Source: Auanema rhodensis (lineage: Eukaryota > Animalia > Nematoda). From it: a stretch of 64,000 nt of DNA. The notes under the pieces were generated by a model that saw nothing but the letters and a program-made list of their open reading frames with translations, did no database searches and was not told where the DNA came from. Position numbers and translations under genes: made by a program. Of the stretch, positions 9,599 through 18,955 are shown piece by piece (within the stretch, counting starts at the first letter, position 1; every line of letters starts with the position of its first letter). The stretch covers positions 9,796,001-9,860,000 of the forward strand of contig OZ059898.1 of the NCBI GenBank assembly GCA_964057225.1. Direction: 5' to 3'.

Positions 9599-12500
9599 AT
9601 GTCACTCCTTTTTGTCAATCATATCAAACAATCTAACCAGTTTCTTGGAGAACTGCTTACACGATACGAGATGGAAGTGAAGGACCTTCCTGGTATTCTG
9701 GTAGATTGCGACTTCCACACTGAGGAAGAAGAGGAAACCCTCTCTTGCCTTATCATTCGCTGGACAAAAGTCCAACACCAATTCAAAGAATCGTTGAAAA
9801 ATCATCAAGATAACGAGAAAAAATTCCAAAAATTTTACGAAGCATCAGACAAAACGCTTCGTAAAGCATTAGACGAACAGTACATCGCCTTCACATCCGA
9901 TGAAGACTTTGAACCCAACATTAAAAAGGTTCAAAACGCCATTATTGAGCTTGACGAACACATCATGAAAGCCGAACGCATACTTAGAAAGCTGAGAAAA
10001 ACGCTTCATAAGAATGAATCTGAGCACAACAGCAATTGCTCAACAGAAAACAATGAAACAGAAAACAAATCGAATGATCAATTTCTGGAAATTATCAAGT
10101 CATTCCTACACATCCAACAAACTAGCATCCAAAAACCAGCGATGTCGCTACCTACATTTGATGGCAAACCAGAGAACTTCAAATCATTCTGGGGCCGTTT
10201 TGATAGACTTGTTCATGATAATGAACAGTTTACAACCTTAGAAAAGGTAAACCTACTCTGTGAAAGCCTCAAAGGCGATTCACAAATAGCAATCAGAGGA
10301 ATAGAACCCTCTGCTCAAAATTATGAGCTCATGCGTGAAGCATTAGTTTCTGAATTTGGAGACTATTCGTCGGATATCAACTCTCTTTTAACACAACTAC
10401 GTAATTTGAGATTTGCAAGCAATAATGCAAAATCATGTAAAGAAACATTTGGGGAAACCAAGGCACTTATCAGGCAAATTGAAGCAGCCGGAGCTACAGT
10501 ATCCCGCGAAATGTGTACCGCGATGATTCTCAACAAATTCCCATACCACATCGTGGAAGACATTCTAATTTATCCAAACAACTACCATTCCACTAAAGAA
10601 ATGCTGACAGCTGTAGACCACAAAATCTATTCCTTTTTTCTAAAAGAACAAACAAGAAATAGTCATGAACAAAAGTTTCGAAATCCCAAAGAGAATGTCA
10701 CATCTGTAGCACATAAAGAAAACTCCGTAGAACAACGGAAAACCCAAACTTGGCCATGTGTTTTCTGCGACTCATCCAAACATCGCTTTTATCATTGCAC
10801 CACATTTGAAACACCAGAGAAAAGAAGACACCGCATCCGCGGAAAGGCCATCTGTTGGATTTGTTTTTCCGAGAAACACAAAAGTTCCGAATGCAGAAAA
10901 CAAAAATGTCGAAATTGCCAAGGAGACCATAATTCCTCCTTGTGCTCACAAGGAAGAAAAAACGTGCAAAATATCCAAAAAGATAAAGAAACTCCCACAA
11001 TTAAAAAAGATCAGGCTTTACTGATCACCACAGAAGAATTATTGAATAAAAAAACAACAGAATATAAACAAGAATCTGACACTAATAATCGAATCCCTAC
11101 TGAGGCACTTAATGCACCAGTATCGCTTAATCACATTGCCGACACACATAATATTGAAGAAAGTCAAGTAATATTACGAACAGCAATGGCGAACATATAC
11201 AACCACAATAGTAAAAAATATGAGCAAGTACGCATGCTCATAGATGAAGGATCCATGAGATCTTTTATATCCAAGGACTTATCCACTAAGTTAGGATTGC
11301 CCATCCTTGGTTCTCAAAAGAAAACCTTTTACGGTATCGGAGCATTGTCCGAAACGCACGAAGTTCAGGACGTAAAGGTAATTATTGGAACCTCAAGTGG
11401 ATCCCTTATCGTAACAAAACTATTCACCAAACCCATGTTAACCACACCCATACGTTGTCCAAAACTATCTAAAGAAGACTTGAAATTTATAAAGACAAGA
11501 AAAATAAAATTAACCAATCCACAAACAAACGGAGAATCATTTACTCCGGATATACTGATAGGTATGGATAGATACAAACTGTTCATGCATTTAAACGAAG
11601 AAACCGAACTCCCTTCACGTATGAGATTGAAAAATTCGGTATTCGGCCACATGATACATGGAGAAGCTCCTCTTCCCGATGATAATACACAACAAGAAGT
11701 AATATTATGCTCTACAGTAGAAGAAATAACAAAAGAAACCTCTCATAAAGAACTCCTCACTAATCTGTTTGAACTGGATTCTATCGGCATCAATACAGAA
11801 AATGCCAAAGCAGACCGCACTATTGATTACTATGAAGAATACTCAAAAGATATAAAAATTGAGAACAACCGCATTATTGCACCGTTCCCGTTAGAAAATA
11901 ACTTCAAAAATCTTAAAAACAACAAAATGCCCGCGTACCATAGATTCGTATCCCTATGGCGAAAGTTACTGCACAATCCAGAAATGCTCTCACACTATAC
12001 TACAACCATTGAAAGTTACCTCAAAGATAACATTGTCGAACAAATTCCCAACAATCACCAGGAGCCTTTAGAGTTTTATATGCCCCACCATGGGGTTTGG
12101 AAGCCCAGCAAGGCTAACCCTCTCAGAATCGTTTTTGACGCCTCCGCTAAACAGAAAGACAGCCCATCGTTGAATGAGATAATACACACAGGACGATCAT
12201 TTATCACATATATACACGACATCATGATCTCCTGCAGAACAAGACCAATATTAATAACATGCGATATCAAAGCCGCATTTTTACAAATACAACTGACAGA
12301 GAATCACAAAAATCTGTGCAAATTCTTTTGGATAAAAAACAAAGAATACCCAATATCTCACAATAATATCATAACCCTTCGATTCAACAGATTACCGTTC
12401 GGTATCACTGCATCCCCCAGCGTATTGAACATGGGCATAAAATGGTTCTTAGAATCAAAAGTAGACAACCCATTAGCTATGGAAATACTGAACAACTTAT

Positions 12501-13036
12501 ACGTTGACAATATCATTCTTACAGCAAATACAACAGCAGAAGCTATAAAGAAATGTAAAGAAACCCAAAAACTATTTACAGAAATAAACATGCATGTTCG
12601 CGAATTCTTGTCAAACGACGAACAAGTAATACAGAACCTTCCTGAAGAAGACAGATATCCGAACATGACAACCAAAATACTTGGCATATCTTTTAATAAA
12701 GAACACGACTCCTTCATTATCCCAATAAAAATAACAACGACTCACACAAGTTACACCAAGAGAATTCTACTCAGTCAGCTACACTCAATATTTGATCCCA
12801 TTGGATTAGCAGCACCATTACTGTTACCTCTCAAACTTATCTTGCGAGAAATCATAAACACAAAATTATCATGGGACCAACCCATTGAATCAGATAATAT
12901 CAAACAATGGGAACAACATATTAATCACATTAACAATCAGCAATTGACCATGAAAAGATATTTTAAATTCTCTGTTGTTCATATTTCCAAACAAACGAGC
13001 AGATTAGTTCTCTGCTCAACGGTAAATCCCGCATAG
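9599..13036 (+). CDS. BEL unit 1 Gag-protease-RT polyprotein, ending out of frame inside RNase H
   Basis: LPTFDG capsid motif, three Cys/His knuckles, protease LIDEGSMRSFI, RT motifs RIVFDAS, DIKAAFLQI, LPFG, YVDN, and TKR..LS....IFDPIG. Confidence 0.93.
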   Translation: MSLLFVNHIKQSNQFLGELLTRYEMEVKDLPGILVDCDFHTEEEEETLSCLIIRWTKVQHQFKESLKNHQDNEKKFQKFYEASDKTLRKALDEQYIAFTSDEDFEPNIKKVQNAIIELDEHIMKAERILRKLRKTLHKNESEHNSNCSTENNETENKSNDQFLEIIKSFLHIQQTSIQKPAMSLPTFDGKPENFKSFWGRFDRLVHDNEQFTTLEKVNLLCESLKGDSQIAIRGIEPSAQNYELMREALVSEFGDYSSDINSLLTQLRNLRFASNNAKSCKETFGETKALIRQIEAAGATVSREMCTAMILNKFPYHIVEDILIYPNNYHSTKEMLTAVDHKIYSFFLKEQTRNSHEQKFRNPKENVTSVAHKENSVEQRKTQTWPCVFCDSSKHRFYHCTTFETPEKRRHRIRGKAICWICFSEKHKSSECRKQKCRNCQGDHNSSLCSQGRKNVQNIQKDKETPTIKKDQALLITTEELLNKKTTEYKQESDTNNRIPTEALNAPVSLNHIADTHNIEESQVILRTAMANIYNHNSKKYEQVRMLIDEGSMRSFISKDLSTKLGLPILGSQKKTFYGIGALSETHEVQDVKVIIGTSSGSLIVTKLFTKPMLTTPIRCPKLSKEDLKFIKTRKIKLTNPQTNGESFTPDILIGMDRYKLFMHLNEETELPSRMRLKNSVFGHMIHGEAPLPDDNTQQEVILCSTVEEITKETSHKELLTNLFELDSIGINTENAKADRTIDYYEEYSKDIKIENNRIIAPFPLENNFKNLKNNKMPAYHRFVSLWRKLLHNPEMLSHYTTTIESYLKDNIVEQIPNNHQEPLEFYMPHHGVWKPSKANPLRIVFDASAKQKDSPSLNEIIHTGRSFITYIHDIMISCRTRPILITCDIKAAFLQIQLTENHKNLCKFFWIKNKEYPISHNNIITLRFNRLPFGITASPSVLNMGIKWFLESKVDNPLAMEILNNLYVDNIILTANTTAEAIKKCKETQKLFTEINMHVREFLSNDEQVIQNLPEEDRYPNMTTKILGISFNKEHDSFIIPIKITTTHTSYTKRILLSQLHSIFDPIGLAAPLLLPLKLILREIINTKLSWDQPIESDNIKQWEQHINHINNQQLTMKRYFKFSVVHISKQTSRLVLCSTVNPA

Positions 13037-13098
13037 CACCCAAAAATAAGACCACAATTCCTCGATTAGAATTATTAGCCATCCGCTTAGCAGTACGA

Positions 13099-16000
13099 AT
13101 GGCATTAGCTATTGTAACCATATGCCCGAAAGTGGCAAAAGTCAACATTGTAAGCGATAGCAACATCGCGCTATCATGGATTATTTCTCTAAAATCCCTC
13201 CCACTGTTCATTAAAAATCAAACAAACATTATAAATAAACAGCTACACCAAATCAAACAAGTATGTTGCAATGTAGAATTACATCATGTACAAACCTCGT
13301 ACAATACTGCAGACATCGGATCCCGAGGTGCAGACATCGAGAAACTACAAGATTCCGACTGGATAAAGGGTCCACATTGGTTAACTAAACTTTCCGCTCA
13401 TAACCCTCTGACATCATTCGGCTCGCCTAAGAACTCTAACAGGAATAACGCAGAATCAGAATCGGAGCATCACAATGTGGTCCACATAATTATAGACAAT
13501 CTTCCAACCAATGATATTTGGAACATTCGTGAAAACTATGATGATGTGATCAAAACAATGACAACCGTAGGAAAATTATTCAAAAAATGGTTTCTTAAAG
13601 TCCATCCTAACAACGCCAACAAGTTGCAAAAAATAAAACATCTCACATCAACAGACACGAATACTGTTGAAGACATCAACATAATTGAAAAAATTTTGAA
13701 GAGTAACAGCCAATCTAATATGAGCCTCGATGAGCTACAGCAAAGAAATATAAATTTAAAATTCTTCAAAGATACATGGGACATTTATCGCGTAAGAAGT
13801 CGTTTGCAAAATACTCTTCTTCCCGAAGAGACAAAAAACCCTATATTCCTTCTCAAAACAAACCCCATAGTTAAAAAACTGATCAACAAAATACACAAAG
13901 ATAATAATCATCAAGGCAAAAATTTCACGCTTATTCAACTCAGACAAAAGTTCTATATACCAAAAATAACCGGAGTCATTAAGCAAACATTGAAAAACTG
14001 TGTGACATGTAAAAGATTTCAATCACATCCTTATGAATTACCAGATATGCCATCGCTACCAAAAGACAGAGCAATTCTTACAAGAGCATTCTTTTCAACA
14101 GGGTGTGATCTTATGGGCCCCTTCACCCTTCGAAATGGGTCTAAAGTCCATATTTGTCTGTTTACATGCATGACAACTAGAGCGGTTCACTTAGAGGTAG
14201 TCACCAATCAATCCACAGTTGCCTTTATGAATGCATTTAATAGATTTATTTCACGCAGAGGTACTCCAGAAATTATGCGCAGTGACTGCGCAGGAAACTT
14301 TATTCTGAGCTCAAAAATATTAGAAACCCTTGAAAAAACCTCGGATTACAATGAAAGTAGCATACTAAACACATTAGCTCAAAGAAAAATTAAATGGATA
14401 TACAACACTCCGCTATCTCCTTGGAAAGGAGGTTGTTGGGAACGCTTAGTAGGTGTCACCAAATCATCCCTCAAAAAATGCTTCGTTCCTAGTCAAATGT
14501 CACTAGATGATTTACACACAGCTATTGTAAAAATAGAAGCCATAATTAATACACGCCCACTCACTCATCCACACCCAGATAATTTAGATGCCTTACCCAT
14601 AAGACCAATTGATTTTTTAACATCAGCAATAAAGTTTTCATTACCAGAAAACAATGATAACACTCATATATTCGATATTCACAGCGATATCCAAACGATT
14701 CAATCGACAGAACAAGCGCTAGAAGCTCTTCAGTTATCAGAAGACTCAGCGTCTAAATTCTGGACACGTTTCCAGGAGGAGTATCTAACTAGTTTAAAAG
14801 ACATTTTCAAACATAAAAACAAGAGAAAAAATCACACAAATCTCTTTCCTCACAAGGATGAAATAGTAATAATACAAAACGACATGTCGCCACGAGGAAC
14901 ATGGAAACTAGGTCGCATTATTGAAACAATTACTAGTTCAGATGGCAACATACGTTCAGCAAAAGTTGCAACAAGCAACGGAAACATAATTACTCGATCC
15001 ATCAATCAGCTCTATCCACTAGAGATAAGATGCAACACTAGCAACAACAAAATCATAGAAGACAACTCACACATAGTCCAAGAAAATAATAGCTCAACAG
15101 ATAGAATAGCACATACTGATACCGTATTAGACAACATACACTCCGATCATCATATAGAACATACAGATGAAACAATACATGAGAACAATAACATAAATGA
15201 TAGCAACCATAATTACGATATTGCATATGAATCAGACAACTCTCAACATGATAATACATACACTCCAGAAACAGAGAATAATGAGGATGCAACAAACGAT
15301 CGACCTCAAAATAAAACAAAACTATCATCAGTGAAAACAGCAAAATATACAGAACAAGATGAGGTCACTGAGAAGGAAAATATAAAAGCCTTCCCACTAA
15401 AAATGTCCTATGCCACACACCAAAGAAAAAATAAAATAAACCCAAAAATAGCAGCTGACATAATGAAAGCCCTTTCATTACCGATTATAATTACTTCGAC
15501 ATATGCCGAAGAAATCAATAGTTGCAAGGACTCTAACATGTTCACCACAAAACTTATAGCGAATCCTCATTGCTCCCCAGAAATGGCAACATGGACAGTG
15601 CTAATAACCATTATGGCAGTTACCCTCATAGTCTCTTGTCTATGCCGCATGGGCTACAGCCAATATAGATATAAGACATGGTCCAAAAACACTCAAACCA
15701 TGCTCAACATCATGAAATTAAAACATAAAACAATCTCCGAACAAGAAGATCATGAAACTGATCAAAAAATAACAGAAGACCACAATGATACGTTGCAATT
15801 AAAACAAACGAACACACAAGACGCTAATATTGTGGATCATGAAACCTTTCAAAAGCATATTTACCCTATTTTAAACCATACGAGAAAGCCACCAAAATTC
15901 TCTCTCTTTACTAGAGGGTCGCAAACATCTTTACCATCGTTACTGGCAATCATCTTGGCTTTATGTATTGGAAGCTGCAGTTCATGTTCCGATGTTCATG

Positions 16001-17475
16001 TTCAACACTTCGTTAACATACGATGCGATGACAACTTAGCTTGTTATCACGAATACAGTCAAGATATCATATTTTCTCCCGGAACAAAACAATTATGCAT
16101 TACCATAACGCATTCTAATCATGAAATTGGTCAATTTAAAATAACTAAACTATATACTGAACATGTCTGCCAAAAGAATACTAGATACTTCACTAGACAG
16201 ACAATCGTCAACATATTGAGCATATTACGATGCCGTCACCGGGGCTCGTGTGACGGAACATGTGAAACTAACTCGCTCCATAATAAAATCGAGGAACTAC
16301 AACCATATACGTTCCCTTCACAATCAGGTTGCTTCACATCGTCAGCGAGATTTTACACATGTCCTATGATTTGGACAGATCCTTGTCTTTTCTACAAAAT
16401 AGAGCATATACCCGTCACTGAGGAAGTATACGAAGTCTATACTTGTGATAGTTGGTCCACCCAAACCGTATTTAATATAGAAACAACATTACTCCAGCAA
16501 AAAAATAATTACAATATCACTCTACAACCTTACACGAAAAATCGTGAACAACTTTTCAATATAACAACGTTATCACAATCACAACCTCCTCCAGAAATGT
16601 ACACAAAATTATTTTTTTCCTCCAAAGAAAACACGTACATTACGGATATACACACAAAGGGAATAATTCAATGTGCAACAGAGGAAGCCGCATTAAAACA
16701 TTTTAATAACTGTACAGTATCCTCATTCTGCCCTTGCACATTCAATAGATTTGATGAAATAAAATGTAGGTGTGATACCCCTACTTTTGAAAAAATGTCC
16801 AATACATCAGACATAAAATCTCCTAACCAAAACTTTAAAACTAAAGATAACACGTTATCATTCTCTACGAATTTAGACGAAAATTTAGTTACGGTCGATT
16901 CATCCCTATTCTTAAACTCAGTGATTTTCTCCAACAATTTGCCTTGCGCACCTGCCCTGACAAAACTATCAGGTTGCTACTCCTGCGGGCAGGGTGCATT
17001 CGCAGAATTCCAATGCCTTACGGCAGAAGAAACATGGATTTCTATCGAATGTCAAAAAGAAGTATTCATGATAAAATGCTCTCCAAAAGTAGCAATCACA
17101 AAAGTAACAATGAAAAGAGAAAATTCTCAGATTGATGAATTATGCTATACCACATGCGACAATAAAAAAATTAAGATCATTATTAAAGGAATATTACATC
17201 ACATAGCAAGCATAGATGAAATAAACGAAAGTGACTCAAGTAAGGGTACAGAATCCAAATCCATTGACTTCGCTCCAATCTTCAAGTTAATTTTATCAAA
17301 GTTGGGAATCATATTGATAGGCGTTGCAATAACCGCCACCATAGGATATGTGGCATGTACACCCATCATGTACTGTGTAGTTTTGAATACAGTCTTAACC
17401 ACACAATGGATAGCTACCAGGATATTCACACTGTGGATAAAATCAAAAGCCTTATTTCGGGATCAAAGATTTTAA
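13099..17475 (+). CDS. BEL unit 1 RNase H C-part, integrase and phlebovirus Gc-like envelope
   Basis: NTADIGSRG, HHCC zinc finger, DDE (CDLMGP / SDCAGNF / WERLVG), hydrophobic segments, then Cys-rich Gc from ~15985 (RCRHRGSC, CLFY, GCYSCGQGA) and a C-terminal TM. The frame is open from 12967. Confidence 0.92.
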   Translation: MALAIVTICPKVAKVNIVSDSNIALSWIISLKSLPLFIKNQTNIINKQLHQIKQVCCNVELHHVQTSYNTADIGSRGADIEKLQDSDWIKGPHWLTKLSAHNPLTSFGSPKNSNRNNAESESEHHNVVHIIIDNLPTNDIWNIRENYDDVIKTMTTVGKLFKKWFLKVHPNNANKLQKIKHLTSTDTNTVEDINIIEKILKSNSQSNMSLDELQQRNINLKFFKDTWDIYRVRSRLQNTLLPEETKNPIFLLKTNPIVKKLINKIHKDNNHQGKNFTLIQLRQKFYIPKITGVIKQTLKNCVTCKRFQSHPYELPDMPSLPKDRAILTRAFFSTGCDLMGPFTLRNGSKVHICLFTCMTTRAVHLEVVTNQSTVAFMNAFNRFISRRGTPEIMRSDCAGNFILSSKILETLEKTSDYNESSILNTLAQRKIKWIYNTPLSPWKGGCWERLVGVTKSSLKKCFVPSQMSLDDLHTAIVKIEAIINTRPLTHPHPDNLDALPIRPIDFLTSAIKFSLPENNDNTHIFDIHSDIQTIQSTEQALEALQLSEDSASKFWTRFQEEYLTSLKDIFKHKNKRKNHTNLFPHKDEIVIIQNDMSPRGTWKLGRIIETITSSDGNIRSAKVATSNGNIITRSINQLYPLEIRCNTSNNKIIEDNSHIVQENNSSTDRIAHTDTVLDNIHSDHHIEHTDETIHENNNINDSNHNYDIAYESDNSQHDNTYTPETENNEDATNDRPQNKTKLSSVKTAKYTEQDEVTEKENIKAFPLKMSYATHQRKNKINPKIAADIMKALSLPIIITSTYAEEINSCKDSNMFTTKLIANPHCSPEMATWTVLITIMAVTLIVSCLCRMGYSQYRYKTWSKNTQTMLNIMKLKHKTISEQEDHETDQKITEDHNDTLQLKQTNTQDANIVDHETFQKHIYPILNHTRKPPKFSLFTRGSQTSLPSLLAIILALCIGSCSSCSDVHVQHFVNIRCDDNLACYHEYSQDIIFSPGTKQLCITITHSNHEIGQFKITKLYTEHVCQKNTRYFTRQTIVNILSILRCRHRGSCDGTCETNSLHNKIEELQPYTFPSQSGCFTSSARFYTCPMIWTDPCLFYKIEHIPVTEEVYEVYTCDSWSTQTVFNIETTLLQQKNNYNITLQPYTKNREQLFNITTLSQSQPPPEMYTKLFFSSKENTYITDIHTKGIIQCATEEAALKHFNNCTVSSFCPCTFNRFDEIKCRCDTPTFEKMSNTSDIKSPNQNFKTKDNTLSFSTNLDENLVTVDSSLFLNSVIFSNNLPCAPALTKLSGCYSCGQGAFAEFQCLTAEETWISIECQKEVFMIKCSPKVAITKVTMKRENSQIDELCYTTCDNKKIKIIIKGILHHIASIDEINESDSSKGTESKSIDFAPIFKLILSKLGIILIGVAITATIGYVACTPIMYCVVLNTVLTTQWIATRIFTLWIKSKALFRDQRF

Positions 17476-17771
17476 AAGCATAAGAGAAGAATTTCTTGTG
17501 GAGATTAAATTTAAAATTAAAAATTGAAATAATAATGAAACAAAAGAAAAAGAAAGCATTATGTACGAATATAACCATTGTAATAAAACAATATCATTGT
17601 TTTTCTTTCTTTTCAATTTATGGTAGTATCAAGTTTCTTTTATCCAACTCAGTTACATAACACATAACCTTTTGTACAGGCTCTAAAATTTATTGTATCT
17701 GTAACAAGATAACCTAAACACACCATTGTACAATAAACTAATAGATGTTAATCAGCGTTTAAAGTCCAGAT

Positions 17772-18284
17772 GTGAACATGTATATAAGGATGCAGCTCAT
17801 GTTTCTCCTATATTCCATGAAAATGGAAGATATTGTCTCGAATATAATTGAGAATGCTTCCTTTGAGGAAGAGCTCAAAAAATATTCCCATCTACCTAAC
17901 ACTGCTGCCAATCTGAGGCAACTAATTGTGCTTGAAAAGAGGCTCTACGAGCACCTAGCTAGCGCGGTGAACCATCTATCCGAACGACTGGACAATATTC
18001 AACATTCGTTAAATCTGAAACTAGACAATTTGACCATTCAGACTGCTCCTAAAGCTTCATGTGTATTCTGCAATAAACCGACAGCTGATGGGCACCGTAC
18101 TGCGGCCTGTCCGATTTATCCTTCCTCACCGGAACGCACTCTCCGTCTTCATGAACTGGGGTTATGCATCAGATGTTTGAATCAAAAACATCCAGCGATT
18201 TGCGAGGTATCCTGCTATAGATGTAAGGCGGATACGCATCATGGAGTGGTTTGTGGTGATATAAAACGTAAAAGACCTTTGTAG
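17772..18284 (+). CDS. BEL 3' accessory zinc-knuckle ORF (unit 1)
   Basis: Same protein as 8417-8929; lies between the env stop and the LTR. Confidence 0.8.
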   Translation: MNMYIRMQLMFLLYSMKMEDIVSNIIENASFEEELKKYSHLPNTAANLRQLIVLEKRLYEHLASAVNHLSERLDNIQHSLNLKLDNLTIQTAPKASCVFCNKPTADGHRTAACPIYPSSPERTLRLHELGLCIRCLNQKHPAICEVSCYRCKADTHHGVVCGDIKRKRPL

Positions 18285-18314
18285 GCCTTCTTCTCATTCC
18301 CGCATTGCCGGGAG

Positions 18315-18667
18315 TGTCGCGATAAGCGAGTGAGTTTGTATAAATTTTATCTTCAACAATTGTTTTATTTGTCTCTCCTGTTTTCTCCCTCTCTCTCTCT
18401 CTCTCTCTCTCTCCCCTTTCTTCTTTCTTGTAACTTCCTAAGTAATTTTTATCCATACCACATGTTGTGTTATACATGTGGCATGACTAACTCTTTGTTT
18501 CAGGCTGACGACCGCCCACGAGAAGAGATCAGTCTTACATTTTCAACGTTCGCAGTCAGTGATTTTATTCCGTGCTTGTCTTGTTAATTCATCAATAAAC
18601 CCTTTTCTACATATTCGCTTTGTGTTTTACTTCCAACCATACTATACACTTGTGGTATATCGCCACA
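18315..18667 (+). repeat. BEL LTR (353 bp), shared between units 1 and 2
   Basis: Same sequence as 8960-9310 with one extra CT unit; PBS TGGTGCATCGGC at 18671-18682. Confidence 0.96.
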
Positions 18668-18955
18668 AATTGGTGCATCGGCTAGTTTAGATCTTAGCCG
18701 CTTTAAGTCCCGCGTGGCAGGTGAGATACAAGTCGAACCAAGCGTGTTTGTGCAAAAAACATACTTAATAAAAATCGTGGCGATCATAAGTCCACGTCAA
18801 GTCACACCAAACAGACTTGAACAATAAGCAAACTCTGAAATTAGAAACAGAGGTTTCAATTTCCTTACGTTCACATATACTGTGATCACCAAACAAACAA
18901 AGAAAAAAGAAAACAAAAAAGGAATATAAGCATTATTCCTACATCTACAACAAAA

